From contig OU015568.1 of the NCBI GenBank assembly GCA_907165135.1, forward strand, positions 6,200,001-6,264,000: a stretch of DNA of 64,000 nt, written 5' to 3'. Numbering within the stretch: the first letter of the stretch is position 1; each line of letters begins with the position of its first letter. Origin of the DNA: Oikopleura dioica (lineage: Eukaryota; Animalia; Chordata). Shown here piece by piece: positions 12,987-26,064 of this stretch. The position numbers and the translations under genes are program-made. The notes beneath the pieces are model-generated. The model searched no databases, had not been told where the DNA came from, and was given only the letters and a program-made list of their open reading frames with translations.

Positions 12987-14945
12987 ATGCAAAAACTGTC
13001 CATTTTCAAGGGCATTTCCCAAGACAAAAACGACGTCTTTCACGATCCAAGTTTGCTCCTCAGCTCTGCCGTAACTTACGACATTTATTACCACGGCACG
13101 ACGTCTTGCAAAGGCACTGGCGACAAAACTGATGCAAAAAGAGCACTTGATCAATTCCATGGGAAATCTTCTCAAAGTACCATTTCCATCAATTGCCGGC
13201 AAATTGTGATCAAAAGTGGACTTGAAGAAATTTTCAAAGCAAATGTAAGATGTTTCAATTTCTTTTGGATGTATTTCTTTCTTTAGCTTTATGATATCAG
13301 CTACTCAGTCGTGCTAGAAGGTTCCTTGTTGTTTGCAGTCAAAATGGGACCGAAAAAGTTTCAATGGCATCGAGCAGAATCAAGAGAGATCAACAGCGTC
13401 AACAAATGCATCGGACAGGTACCCTTTTTGGCTTTTTCTTTTCTCTATTTTCCTCTTTCTCTTTCTTTCTTCTTCACTCTTTCTTTCTCCCACCAGGCGT
13501 TCGATCTTGCCTACCACCTCTGGTGTGGCAGCGCCCAAAAACAGCACGAAACTCATCACGCTGAAATTCACCAAATCGAGTCCAGGCTCAAGAGCTTAGA
13601 GAATCATTATCGTGCTCTGCGTAGAAAAGTCGACGACTTGAAAACGCACCAAAAACATCAATTATCGATGGAAGATACGGTCATTTCTTCAGAGGAAGAA
13701 AGATTGGAAATTCCCATTTTGCCCTTCAACCGGAGTAGAAGGGGAAGTCGTGCCTCTGGTCTTGGAATTCTCGGAGGTAGCCTATTTACTGATGATTTCT
13801 TTTCATGCCGAAATAAGGTGATTCTTCATCCGATATTGTCTCCAGCTCTGGAAGCGAGGAGATTCCATCATTTCGGCGGCCAGACTGGGTAGGCACCAAT
13901 GAAATGAATCTACCGCCTGGTCCGGGCCCGACGCTGCAAGTCCAAGTTCCATCTCTTAATCCTTCTCCCTCTCCATCACCAACACCAAGCTCAAGCCTCC
14001 TTCCTTCAATTCTCAAGAATCGAATGGGCTTATTCGATCTCAACAGAGACAACTCTCCGAGGAAGAGTCATAAAAGAATCACAATAACTGACGAAAACCC
14101 GCAAACTTCTGAAGACGGAATGCGCAGAAGAAAGTCGTTCTCAGAGAGCAGTGGGATGACGAATAGATTCATGGGCCCAACGCATATCGGAGGCAACTTG
14201 GAAAATCTCAGGGAAAACATTTATTCGGACGATAATTCAGATGGACTTTCAAATCTAGGGAGGGCGAAGGTAAGAAGCAGAGTTCTCTTCATTGATTTCT
14301 TCAGCGATCTAAGATTCCATCGCCGTTTCCTGTCCCCTTAGCTGAGGCTGGTTACTCATTCGATCTTCCAGGAAGCCCAGTATGCATGGAGCAAAGAACT
14401 TCTGAGTGTTACAGACATACTGAAGGAAATTGTTCACTGAGTCACTTTTGGTAGTCGAGGGAAATCCTAATTCAACCAAATTTATCTAAGTAGTCTTAGA
14501 GCTGTAAATTTAGCAATTTTGGAAAAGATGGCTACTCAAGGACAATATATTGGAAGCATTTTCAGCGCCTCAGTTAGTAGTACTGAAAGAGGTAGAATAT
14601 GAGTGACTTTGGGCGACTCAACACCTAAAAATTAATCCTCGAGCTAAAGCCGCCAAGTACCCACAGCAAGCTGCATTACGGGATCAGTAACTCACTCCCC
14701 AGAGAACAATTCGAAAAGACTCCCAGTTGCTTGAGGAATTCGCAAATAACGGACATGATTTTGACTTTTTCGGGACTGGTTTATATTCAAAGCCTTTCTT
14801 TTAATAGGAAGACGCTTTGAAAAACCTTTTTTGAGCCATTCCAGCGCGGAATAAAAGCGACGAAAAACTTATCCTAAAAAACGATGCTCCTAAAAAATCA
14901 AAGCTCAAAAAGCTTATGTCAAGCATGAGCCTCAAGAAAAAATAG
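12987..14945 (+). CDS. PTB-domain adaptor, GULP1/CED-6-like; long C-terminal part uncertain
   Basis: PTB-type Y(H)GTT..K start and IGQ|AFDLAY end, followed by a leucine-zipper-like helix and a Pro/Ser-rich tail. Confidence 0.55.
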
Positions 14946-15110
14946 ACCAACTCATCTTGAGGTCCTTACTTTCTTCTAATTCTCACCTTACCTATCTTTT
15001 CACCACTCTTCACCTCTTTTTCTACCTATCTTCCTCTTCATTTTCCTTTTCAAACGTTCCAGGAAAGCTATTTTTCCACAAATTTGAGATTTCTTCTTTA
15101 GGTAGTGAGC

Positions 15111-15924
15111 AATGTCGGAGAGCTCCTACCCTGCGAAGCCTCCTAGAGAGGTAAGAACAGACTTTTTCGTTATAATTCTATGGATTCTATGATTAGGAGG
15201 AGAATCGACCAATGTTGATTGACGATTCTGAATTCCAAAATGTTGACACTCATTGTAAGTCGCAAAGACTTTTTGTGCGTCTTTAACTTTTCAAAACAGC
15301 CGGAGTCGGATACACCAGAGAGTTCTCTTCACAGCCCGAGCTTCGTGGAGAAGAGGACGATGGATGGAGCGCGTCTTTTGGTCAAATCTTCGCCGCGCTC
15401 TTCGACGATGAATTTTGCATTGAGAGGTAAGGGGACGTATTTGACCTTGTTCACGCGGAAGCTCGTAGATTCTCAACCTTCAAATCTGCCACTTCTGCTT
15501 TCCTTCTTCTCACTCTTTTCGTCCAAAACTGCACCCAGCTTCGTCTTTTGGTTCTTGCTCGAAACAGCTACGCAGGTAAAATTAATGCTTCTTTCTCGTT
15601 TTTCATCCCTTTTTTAGCTTTGGAAAACAGTGGTCTCTGGGGCGTTTTGATCTTTTTCATGTCGATTATTATCATTCTTCTTGTCATCGCCGCCGTTATG
15701 CTCTTCTTCATCAGGTGAACATCCTTTTCAATTTGGAAATTGAACTATTTTTCTCCCAAAAAAGTATGCTGCCAATTGATGGCCAGGGTGGAACCAACAG
15801 AAAGGCCTTGGTGAGAATGACGATCATGCTCGCAGCTTTAGTCAGCGTCACATGCCTCCTCAATGTTTTCTGCACGACCTTGATCTTCGCTGAGTCCAAA
15901 GAAACTATTTATGCACGGATCTAA
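15111..15924 (+). CDS. Ninjurin-like membrane protein
   Basis: Spliced product FSTFKSATSAFLLLTLFVQNCTQLRLLV, TM1 VLIFFMSIIIILLVIAAVMLFFI, TM2 LAALVSVTCLLNVFCTTL mirrors the ninjurin helix plus two-TM pattern; phases of the last three exons are consistent. Confidence 0.6.
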
Positions 15925-16215
15925 ATCTTTTCTATAAGAAGTCTTTTAAAAAATATCAAGTTCGATCCTTTTCCAAAGCTCCGACAAAACCCTCTCTCCG
16001 AAATGCTTGAAGTCAACGACGACTAACTTTGACAACGAAAATGAAAGCGACTGCTGAATGAACCCTGATGACTGTACATTAACCTGAACCCAGATAGATA
16101 CTGGCGTTTTAGTTCCAAATTACCTGTACCTGTTTAGTTTTTATCTTTTTTTAATTTCGAATTTCCCGGGAAATAAATTAATCATTAGACGTCTAAAAAC
16201 ATCGTGAATTCAAGA

Positions 16216-16730
16216 ATGAATCGTGTTTTAAAGTTTTCAAGCAGTGTCTCAAACAGTTTGTCCAGGAGATATCTTTCCTCGTCAGTCCTCAATTTGTCGA
16301 AATCGTCAGAAAATGTTAGTTCGACGAAATTGGCCGAACTAGCAAAACGAAAACGCCTCGCTCAGAGTCGACAAATGCCTAAACCGGATATCAAAGAAGC
16401 CCAGCTATCGATGCAGATGCAAATTAAAGGATACAAAATATTGTAAGCTAACTTTCTTATCGAGCCCACTAATATTTGCGCTCCTGAGTTTTACTACGCA
16501 GAGCCGAATCATTCCTACAGCCTTTGTGACGTTTTTCTGAGTCATTTCAAATTGGGGAGGCTTGTTTTTAACGAGAGTGACGGAGAGATTTTAGTATTGC
16601 GATGTTTCTTTTTGGAGTTGTACACGCGCTGAACTTGTGGGAGTTTAAAATTCTCATTCAAACGGAAGAAGAGCTCATACGACTTGGAATTTTGCCGCCT
16701 TTTGAAACTGAAAACAACGAAGACTCTTGA
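16216..16730 (+). CDS. Small hypothetical protein with a mitochondrial-type presequence
   Basis: Ser/Arg/Leu-rich N-terminus after an AG acceptor; downstream exon structure unresolved. Confidence 0.35.
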
Positions 16731-16783
16731 AATTTTAAAAATATTTTTATTTTCAAAGAGTCAATTATATTTTTTCTCGTAGA

Positions 16784-19616
16784 ATGTTCAAGTCAAAGTT
16801 CAACGACAAGAAGTTCAAAACGAATTGCAGAATATGCATCAGCCGACTGAAATTGGTCGAGAAAAAGAAGACTGAAATGGCCTTGAAAGCCAGGAAAGAG
16901 ATTGCTGATTATTTGAAGCTCAACAAGTACGATCGAGCGAGAATAAGAGTCGAGCATATTATCAGAGAAGACTACAAAGTCGAAGCCTTGGAGATTACAG
17001 GTACTTTGAATTCTGATTGGTTGAAGCGACGGATAAGCGCTTTTGATTGGGTCCGACTAGCTCTTATTTAGAAATGTTCCTGGATTTGATTCTTGCCCGC
17101 GTGGGGCTGATTCAAATGAGCAACTCCATCGATATTGGTCTACAAGAGCCGATCAACAGCATCATCTGGGTTCAGCCGCGCATCACCGATGACTGCGCCG
17201 AGTTAAAAACAGTCGTAGATGAGCTCATGAAGAAATACGGCAAGGAACACATCCAGCAATGTCGCCAGGGAATGCTCGACAAGCACATTTCGACCAAACT
17301 CCAGGACAAGCTGAACCAGCACTCGCCGAAGAGGTCGCTTGTTGAGAACTATCTAATTGAGATTGCAAAGAATTACAACGTTGAGTTCACTCCAGGTATG
17401 AATTTTATTCAGTACAGCTTTATGATATTCTCAGCTTCGAAAGCTTTTTGTGAGAGTTTGTTCTCTTCTTTGATTTTATTCAAGCAACTGAAGCAAAATT
17501 GATGACCACACGAGCTAAGGCAGCATTTTTTGTTTTGATCTTCGTTGAAATCTTCGTAACAGACGGAACAAGGGTCACTTTCGGTTCTTTCTTCAACAAA
17601 TGATTGTAGTTTGTTGAAATTTGCTTCAACTTGAGTTTTAGCTTCTCTAATTTTTTTGTTGTTTTTAGCAATTTTTTGATTTAAGTAGTCCATTGTCATA
17701 TCAATTTGGGTTAATTTTGCTTGAGTTTTCTGAATAGAATGGTCACATTCAGTCTTCATTAACTTCAGGTAACGTTCTTGTCTTCTATGGAGTTCAAGCT
17801 TTGACCCGGGGACTCCACAATGAAATGCTTATCGCTGCATATTCTTTATTAGCTCTGTTGGATCGTAATGGAGCTCATCAAAATCTTCATAAAAATTATT
17901 TCCCCAGAATTCCATTTTGCGTTTCACAAGATCTTGTTCTATTTCGAAGAGTTTCATGAGATCTGAATACTTTTCCTTGTTGATCTGCTCCTTTGCCTTA
18001 TCAATAATCAGTATTGAATTCTCTTCGTCAAGAGTTTCCAATTTTTCGTTCAACAACTTCGTCTCTTCCTCTTTTTCGTTTAGCAATAAATCCACTTTCC
18101 CTTTCAAATCTCGGAATTCTTTCGTTCTCTCGTTTTCAGCGATAGTTTCTTCCTCGTCAGAGCATTTTTCATACGCTTCCGACGTACTCATTTTTTGAAT
18201 AAAATCCAATTCTGAAAGGATGCAATAAGATTGCAGATATTTGCAGATGATTGTGAAAATTAAACAAGAATTATTTACTAAGATATACAATTCAGATCAA
18301 GCGGCTCTCCTCGACGATGGCATTCCGGATGAGGTTCGTAATGGTCCCGTTCCAGGAGCCGGTTTGAATCACTAGATTTTTCATGACGATCTTTCAAACA
18401 AACAATCTCATTTGATTGTAGATCTCCTTATTCCAGAATATCTGATCATATTCTGTGCACCGTCTCTTGTTAACTAAGCATTAGCTCTGCTACTTACAAA
18501 CATCTCTTTCTGCTTCGAGCATGAGTAGAAAACAAGTAGTGAGCCTGGTATTTATTCATCCGCATCCAAAGAAAAACCACATTGGGATCATTTTGATCAG
18601 GATAACAAAAAGCCTCCTCCTGGCTAAGGATCTCAACTCACTCCCTTGTAGCTCTTAACACTTTCTTTCTGATTAAATTCATCATAAAGGAGGATATTTA
18701 TCTCGTTCCGAGAAGTGGGGAGGATGATAATGATGGTGATCCTTTCGACAGTGGCGACTTGAGCCAGCAACTGCCCTACCTGCAAGCGCAACAGCCCTAC
18801 CCGCCTCAAGCCACTGGACCTACTGAAATGTCCATTTACAATCCTGGACCGATTGATCCAGCGACGAATCTGCCGACAATTCCTGGAGGACCTGCTTCTC
18901 CAGCCTATCCGGGTATTCCACCAACTGCATCGATGAGATTGCCTTCTGATAATCTTCCTTCTATCCCAGGTAGAAGATCTTCCTCGCCCCAGTGCGCCAA
19001 TTCTTATCTTTCAGGCGAGCCGAAGAAAGACGCCGGATCCCCTGGAACTCGAGGGATGCCCGAACCAGCGCCTAAGTACACGGATATCATGAACTCTCCC
19101 AAAGTAAATATAAACCTCTTCAAATTCGAAACACTTTACAAGAGCTGTGTGAATTTCACGCTAATCATTAATAATTAGGAAGAAAATGTTTACGAGTTTG
19201 CCGATGAGCAAATAGTGAGTTTGGGTGTCAAACAAGCATCATGTTTTAACTTTATCAATCAATTACAATTACAATCAAAACAAGAGAAGATCAATGTGAT
19301 TATTGCTCTTTCTTTTTTGATTTTTATACAAAGTGGTGGTATAAAAATTGTAGTCTGAATCCTCGCTGATCGTTTTACTAATCAAATCATCCAAATTTCC
19401 AACTCATCCGGACTAAATTAACTCTCCGCCGAATTAAATGAATCCCAAAAATAGTACGACGATGTTGCCCCAGCCGAAGATGACATCATCCCCGGACTTC
19501 CCTCCATTCCCAGCAATGATCCAACGCCAAACGCTCGCCAGAACCAACCAGAGGACGACGATTCTGGCGATGATTTCGACGATCTCGAAGCTCGATTCAA
19601 AAATTTGCGAAAGTAA
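16784..19616 (+). CDS. IST1: IST1 (ESCRT-III associated factor)
   Basis: KFKTNCRICISRLKL, ARIRVEHIIREDY, IEIAKNYNV, Pro-rich linker, C-terminal MIM DDFDDLEARFKNLRK*. Confidence 0.95.
17011..17056. repeat. Single arm of family B, filling most of a short IST1 intron
   Basis: TTCTGATTGGTTG..AGCGCTTTTGATTGGGTCCGA matches the right arm at 4289-4333. Confidence 0.55.
17409..18290 (-). pseudogene. Coiled-coil plus degenerate RING gene nested antisense in an IST1 intron
   Basis: ORFs 17829-18290 and 17409-17759 are in the same frame, separated by one TAA; CSVC..CGHQFCFSC is present but the final CxxC pair is missing. Confidence 0.55.
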
Positions 19617-20183
19617 AATGCTCCTACTTTCTTGTTCAATTTCCTTCATTGAAAACAAAACATTCATAACACCGTAGTTCGACAGATAAAATTAATAATT
19701 CCCTGTGTTTGATAAATATTCCTGTGCAAGAAATAACAAAATCAAGTTCTTATAAAATTCATTCTCGATTTCAAACGATCAAAAGATGTTTTCTCTTTTT
19801 TGAATACATCTTTTTTCAAGATAGATTATTTATGGAGAGAAGCATTTTTTCTATCTCTTTTTTATGAAGCAGTTTTCGTTGATTGCAAGTTCAAAAGTAA
19901 TGAACCGTCGCTACCGGCGCGCACTGCAGGGATTTTGACATGATTCCAAGCTTAGCGATGACCGTTATCTCGGGATGTAGGAGCCCATGTCCGCGATTGC
20001 GATATCAATTTCTTAATCCGAATAAAGTCGGCGGTGGAGTTTTTGGATAGGCGCGATGATTGCCGCCGGGCGGTCTCCCAAGAGGACATGTCAATCAATC
20101 GGCACTAGAAATCAGTCAAATATACCCTTGAGTGCAAACGATGTTCTTAAAACCGCAGTAGAGATGCTCCTTGGCGCTGGAAA

Positions 20184-21830
20184 ATGATTAGCACGGGCAA
20201 TATTTTCGGGGTGTTTGCGGCGCTCTGTGTCTTTTTCGCTTACTTTTTCTTGGAACTCGAGAGCTTGCAAATTGACAGAAGCTCGCTTGAATTCGGTAGG
20301 GCTAGCTCTTCGCGGCATTTGTTAAATAAAAATTCAGGGCAAAAAATAGTGCTGGAAAAGGTCGATCTTGATTTGACCAAATTATCACCTGAATTCCTGG
20401 CTTCGAAAGAATTCCTCGAAGACGACGAAGTAGACGACGGAGAGGAGTACTACGACGAAGACCCAGATCAATCTCTCAAAACTGATCTCCCAGACGCGAC
20501 AGATGTGTTATCAGGCTCCCCCGAGCCCGATTTCGAAATTCCCTACGAAGACGTCAGCGAGGACGGCACGTGCAAGCCAAAAAGGCATTTTGTCTTTCAT
20601 AAAAAGGAAGAGGGGATCATCTTACGGCGCATTTTACGTAGCGAGGATTTAATTTGAGCTTTGGTGACCCTCATCAAGCATAAATGCGGCTCAACGGCGT
20701 TCCGTTTTATCTTTCAAGCGTATGCGCACAAGCACAGTCTGATCGGGGCTAACTCCATGATCGGGCCATTTCTGGGCGGTTACCCGGGGCGCTTCGACCC
20801 CCGCTTCGTCGGAAAACGGTAAATTAACCCTTTCATCGCACTGCCAAGACAACTTCCTATCCTTTCAGTTACGTTACGTATGACTACTCTGCCAGTCATG
20901 TCCGATTCGATGCAGATGCCTTCAGAAGTGTTTTCCCGGAAGACACGATCTACTTGACTGTGATTAGATCGCCGCTAGAACATTTTGAAAGCACATTCAA
21001 CTTTTTTTACTCAAGACATCATACGCTAAAATCTGCTATGGAACGGAAAAATGACCTGTGTTGCTGGGGAATGCCCTTTGCTGCCGTTTCTGGCTGGGAC
21101 TCGAATCCTATCGGTAAATATCCTTCCTAATCCGGAGTGTTACGTAACTTCAGAATACCTGCGCGCCGCGCCAGAAAAATGGAACATGTCGATTCCCTGG
21201 GCCTCCCGCGGCCGAAACTTCCAGGCTTTCGAACTTGGCTGGGACGTCGACAACGAGTCTCAGGAATACATTGATCATGGATTGCGAATGATGGAAAGCG
21301 ACTTCCATTTGGTGATGATTTCTAATTACTTTTTCGAAAGCCTCGTTTTGTTAAAAGACGCGCTGTGCATGGGAGAAGGGATCGGATCTATAACCAAGTA
21401 TATGTTTACAGCAAGAGTATGCTGATCCCTGGCTCAGACTGGATCGATTTGTATGTTCCGCCGACCAAAGTCAAGCACTATGAGCACGCGCCCTTCACAC
21501 CTGAAGACGTTGAAACCTTCAATTCGTTTTTTCACCAAGATGTTGCGATTTACAACCATTTCAACAAGACTTTTTGGCAGAGGGTTGACGCTTACGGGCG
21601 GGATAGAATGAAGCGCGATGTGGAACATTTGAAAGAAGTTTACAAGCAGTGCGCGGAAAAGACGATTGACTGCTCGCATAAGGGTCACGAAGCGATCAGG
21701 AAGGAAATTCCGGAGAAAGTGCCGAGTGGTTCGGTGGAAGACCTTTTGATGTAAGTTAGGCTCATCAAAAAAGGGATGAGATAATATTTTTAGGTACATG
21801 AAAGAAAATGGAGGAACCTGTGATTGGGGC
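20184..21830 (+). CDS. Galactose-3-O-sulfotransferase family protein (3' end uncertain, possibly to ~22390)
   Basis: Type II anchor; FHK|HKCGST (5'-PSB), VIRSPLEHFESTFNFF (3'-PB), RNFQAFELG, FHLVMISNYFFESLVLL, DVAIYNHFNKTFW. Confidence 0.85.
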
Positions 21831-24140
21831 AAGTTCCCAACTCTTTGGAAAAAATATATGACCAATAGTAAGAAAAAGACCAAGAGCTAATTGTCAGGAG
21901 CATAGCCAAACTGTTCATACCTTACTTGTTACTGTATTGCTAAATGTACCATGAAATTCTAATCCCTTTCTTCAAACAAGCGTAAATAAAAGCCGAGTTC
22001 ACTAAGTAATAGTAACTGCAGATAACAGTATTGTCTGATCAGCTTAGTCCTTTTACGCGGAAGTAAATGCTCGAAATGATCAAGGGACGAAGCCGCAAGT
22101 GGCCCAAACTGTTGCCTTTTCTAATTTGACAATGGGCCGTGCTCGTCTGATTTAGGACGGGGCAATAAATTCAAAAGCTCGAGGAAAGTTACTTTTTCAA
22201 CCTGTGCGCGGCGAGATCAGTAAAAGGAGGCCACAGTCCTCAGAAATCCACAATTGCTCTTCCGTCGATGACGGAGCAAATTTTGCTGATTGCAAGTACT
22301 TCAATGATGAATCGCTTTATGCCGCTTTGGGTCTAATTGACTATCACGGAAATCTGGAATTTTTTTATTTTTACTCTGTTGTAAATTCTTAGCTTTTGCG
22401 ACATTTATTCCCGAGAAGAAACAATAGTAACTTTTACAGGTCAACCTTTACAGTAGTAAAGTTTTATTCTTACTGTACAAAATTTATTTTCCGCGATAAA
22501 TAATCGAGTTCCCCATAAATCGCTTTTACCAAAATATCAAAGTAACTGCGCTCTATCGGATAAGTAATCTTCTCGATTCTCAATGTTCGATGACCCCTAA
22601 GTGTCAATAAAAATGTTTAACGGAACTGGCGACAATGACGGATAACGGCCGTATCGAGGTCCCGACGCAGCGGGTAGCTCCTCCTATGTTCCACGGCGTT
22701 GACTTTGGCCACGTGACTTCCGTCGCCGGAGCAACGGGGTGCCCGGAAATCGAGGTTTTATGCTCTGCTGGGGCTCTTCTCAACTGATAACATTGACTTT
22801 TCTGAGAAAAATAAGTTTATCAACTACTCAGCATCAAATTTAGAAATCATCATTTTCAACCCCTCTTTTTCCATTTTCGCCCGTTAGTGTAACATTTGTC
22901 AGATGCGGAAAAGCTGCACGTTTTTGCGCTAATTTATGCATGTCAGACTGCGAATTAATAAGTTAAGAGCATCATCGCGAAAAGCGACTAATTCAGGGGC
23001 GGAACATAAGGGACTCTGTCGGTGCTGAGTCCCTCCCCTCAGCGGCATCGATTTCTGATCAAATGTGACGATAATCTGAGTTATAAGAAGATTTGGTGGA
23101 GCTTTTTTGCTGACGACTTCAAACCTACCCCTGCTCTTTCATGTCGTGAATCCTTCTATAGATTATATTTCCAGAGCTATCCTAGTGACTAGAATTTTCA
23201 GGCCTTTACCACCCCTTAGTAAGAAAATTTTTATTGGGCTGAGAATATCTAATGATTTTTTATTATTAAAAATTTCACGGAAATGCATGGTCGATAATCC
23301 GAAATTCAGATTTATGCAAACGAGGATTGTTTTATTGCGAGTCTGAGTGCCATAAACACATCCGATCGGTCTAATTTCGAACACTCGCGCATTCGAAATT
23401 TCCCTCCCTGTCCATCGATCGCGAATTATAAAAAGTCCAGAAAGCTAGAGCAAGGAGAATTGCAATTAGTAGTCGTCACACCCTCTCAGCTTACGCAAAT
23501 TGGCGAAATCAAACAAGAACAAGATGGGGACACTTGAGTTGATCTTTCCGACAAAAAATACTCCCCAAAACATATGGCATCCTGTCCGATTTCGAAGACT
23601 CTTTCAAATAATGAAATTTGCCTCGGCGTATCAAACCACTTGAGCGGAATTAAGTGAAACTTATGTCCGTCTGCTACTAAACCAAATTTCGGTACACTTC
23701 TTTCTTGAATGATATAGGCAATATTTTCTATATTTTCATCCTTGATTTACTTAGAAGTTCCTCGACACAAGAAGGCGATAAATAAATCCGCATATTTCAA
23801 GTAGCAAGAATCGAGGCCTTGTTTTATTTTTATTGACTTGTTGTTATCCCTAGTCGTATTTAGAGCTAGTTACTTAGACACACAAATCTAATGCTCGCTT
23901 AGCCAATTTCGATCCGTCTTCGGATAAGTGACCTGTCACTAATGATTCCCCAAATCTCACTTCTCGTCTCCCATATGCTCTCCTAATATCCTTACACATC
24001 GCTTTTGAATATGCAAATGACCAAGTAACTCAACAAATAAAGAAACACCAACTTCAATTTGTGCATAGTAAAGTATATTATTTACAAGTTCAAAGGGGAG
24101 AAGTAAGCATAAGAAACAGGAAAGAAAAAAAGAGTCTTTT

Positions 24141-25010
24141 TTACATAGTCGGGAATTCTGATACTGGTCGTGGTGGTTCTTCGCAGGCGTAGGGAGTCGG
24201 AATGTCCGAGCCAGGCATTGCCATTTGCTGGCTGAAGTGAGGATTCATCATTGGGTGGCCAAGTTGTTGGTAGGGAAGAGGAGCTGGTGGGTACTGCTGT
24301 CCAGCGTGGTGCATCGAAACTCCCATTCCGACTGGGGATTGCTGGTGGTAGCCAGTGGCGTTAGAATGATCCGGAGAAAAAGAAACTCCTCCTTCGAACT
24401 TTCCTGCTTCGGGTGTTGGGTAACCAGGTGAGCCGATGTTTCGATGCCCTTCTGGAGAATCAGCGAAGCCAGAATCGTTGGCGATGCTTTCGTAGTGAGA
24501 CTGGGTCTGGTTCTGGTCGAATGTGTGAGGTGGAATGTGGCCACTTGCCATCGAGCTTGGTGGGACTTGCGGGATGAAAGAGTTTGGATCGGCCTGTGGA
24601 AACATCGAGGCGGCGTAGGGATCGTTCATTCCTTGCATGGGGTTCATCATTTCGTTTCGCATTCCAGGGGGCATGTCGAAGTCTACTCCTTCTTTCTCGA
24701 GCATGTTGGTAAGGGCGTAGATGTAGGAGTAGGCGAAGCGAAGAGTTTCGATCTTCGTAAGTCGGGACTCGTCGGGGTAAGTTGGCAAGACAGCTCTGAG
24801 CTCGTCCAAAGCGTCGTTGAGACCGTGCATTCGATTTCGCTCTCGATCGTTGGCCTTGCATCGGCGGACTTGCTTGATGATGCTCTTTGGGTTGTCTGGA
24901 GACACGTCTCGGCGACGTTTTCGACCACGACTGGCTTTTTGAGGAGCAGGAGCAGCTGCTTCTGGGGTAGGAGTGTTCGGCATAGGCTCTGTTTTTGGAG
25001 TAGTGTTCAT
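24141..25010 (-). CDS. NEUROG: Neurogenin bHLH transcription factor, intronless
   Basis: [52 protein letters not shown]. Confidence 0.92.
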   Translation of the reverse strand: MNTTPKTEPMPNTPTPEAAAPAPQKASRGRKRRRDVSPDNPKSIIKQVRRCKANDRERNRMHGLNDALDELRAVLPTYPDESRLTKIETLRFAYSYIYALTNMLEKEGVDFDMPPGMRNEMMNPMQGMNDPYAASMFPQADPNSFIPQVPPSSMASGHIPPHTFDQNQTQSHYESIANDSGFADSPEGHRNIGSPGYPTPEAGKFEGGVSFSPDHSNATGYHQQSPVGMGVSMHHAGQQYPPAPLPYQQLGHPMMNPHFSQQMAMPGSDIPTPYACEEPPRPVSEFPTM

Positions 25011-26064
25011 TTTGTTTTCTTGGAAAAGCTTTTTTGTTTTGAGGACTGTGTTTTAGTTTTTGATTTTTCCACAAGCAATATTGGGAGTTTTATGCGCCGC
25101 GGGGATAGCGCCTCCAGCGAGGGCGCCAGGGGCGGAGGATTGGACGAGGATCCACGGGCACGCGCTTGCTTAGCTGAAACTCTCGCACGCCACTCTCAAA
25201 AACCATCGATCGTAAAAGAAGAAATGAACAAGCTTATCTGTGTATAAAGTTATTTCTTGGTAGATTTGTTGATACTCAAGGGTTGCTTTTGCGTAGAAAA
25301 GACTAAGAGCATGATTCTCTTTTTTATACTCTTCTAAGCCGGGATACTGGTTCATTCTTTGAGATTAACAGTCTTCAAGATATATTATGATTCCGTAATT
25401 GTATAATTGTTGCACCAAAGAACTTGATTGAAAAGTGTTATATAGTTATTCCGAAAAAGGTAAGATTTCTTAAATATATATTCTCCTTGTTTCGGAAGGA
25501 AGCTATGGTGTTGAACCATCTTGGACATCTTTACGAGGTGTAGATGCCTATCACAGCGGGAAGTGGTGACAGTGGCCCGGTTTATTGTGACACGTACAGT
25601 GCTATTACCGCGAGCTCGAGCAAATCTGACTTTGATATCGCCACAAGATCAAAACGCGCGCCGCATCGGGTGCAATATGTCGACTACTTTTTTCAGCGAG
25701 AACCTGCCGTACTACAAATCGATACTTTTTTCCCTGCTGAAATTGAACAAAAAGAGAAGAAGAGGGGACACACTTTTGTTTCTGACTGGTGCACTTTGAT
25801 CTATTCCCCGCTGAAAAATTAATGATTTCATACTTTATCAGTAGCTTGGCCAAGGAAGAATTTGAAGAATCCCTATTCTTCGACTACATGAACAGGATAC
25901 TCCTTTTCGTGATCTGGTTCTATTCCTTCTGATTTCTCAGGATCAAAAAATCATCCACGATTTCAACTCGCGCTTTCAGCTTTTCAGTTGATTTTTTCAT
26001 GATTTCGGCCCAGTTCAATTTGTAATTTTACTGAGCCGACGTTTTCGAAAGAAAAAGACTCAAA

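Noticed and set aside
19900-20110. snoRNA or other ncRNA in the GC-rich patch before GAL3ST
   Set aside because: No paired C/D boxes or H/ACA hairpins could be established.
24444-25247. 267-aa plus-strand ORF and other long ORFs overlapping neurogenin
   Set aside because: Antisense or alternate-frame shadows of a GC-rich coding sequence, with no motif support.
25521-25853. 92-aa ORFs upstream of neurogenin
   Set aside because: Three overlapping ORFs with no motifs or splice support; more likely promoter-region sequence.
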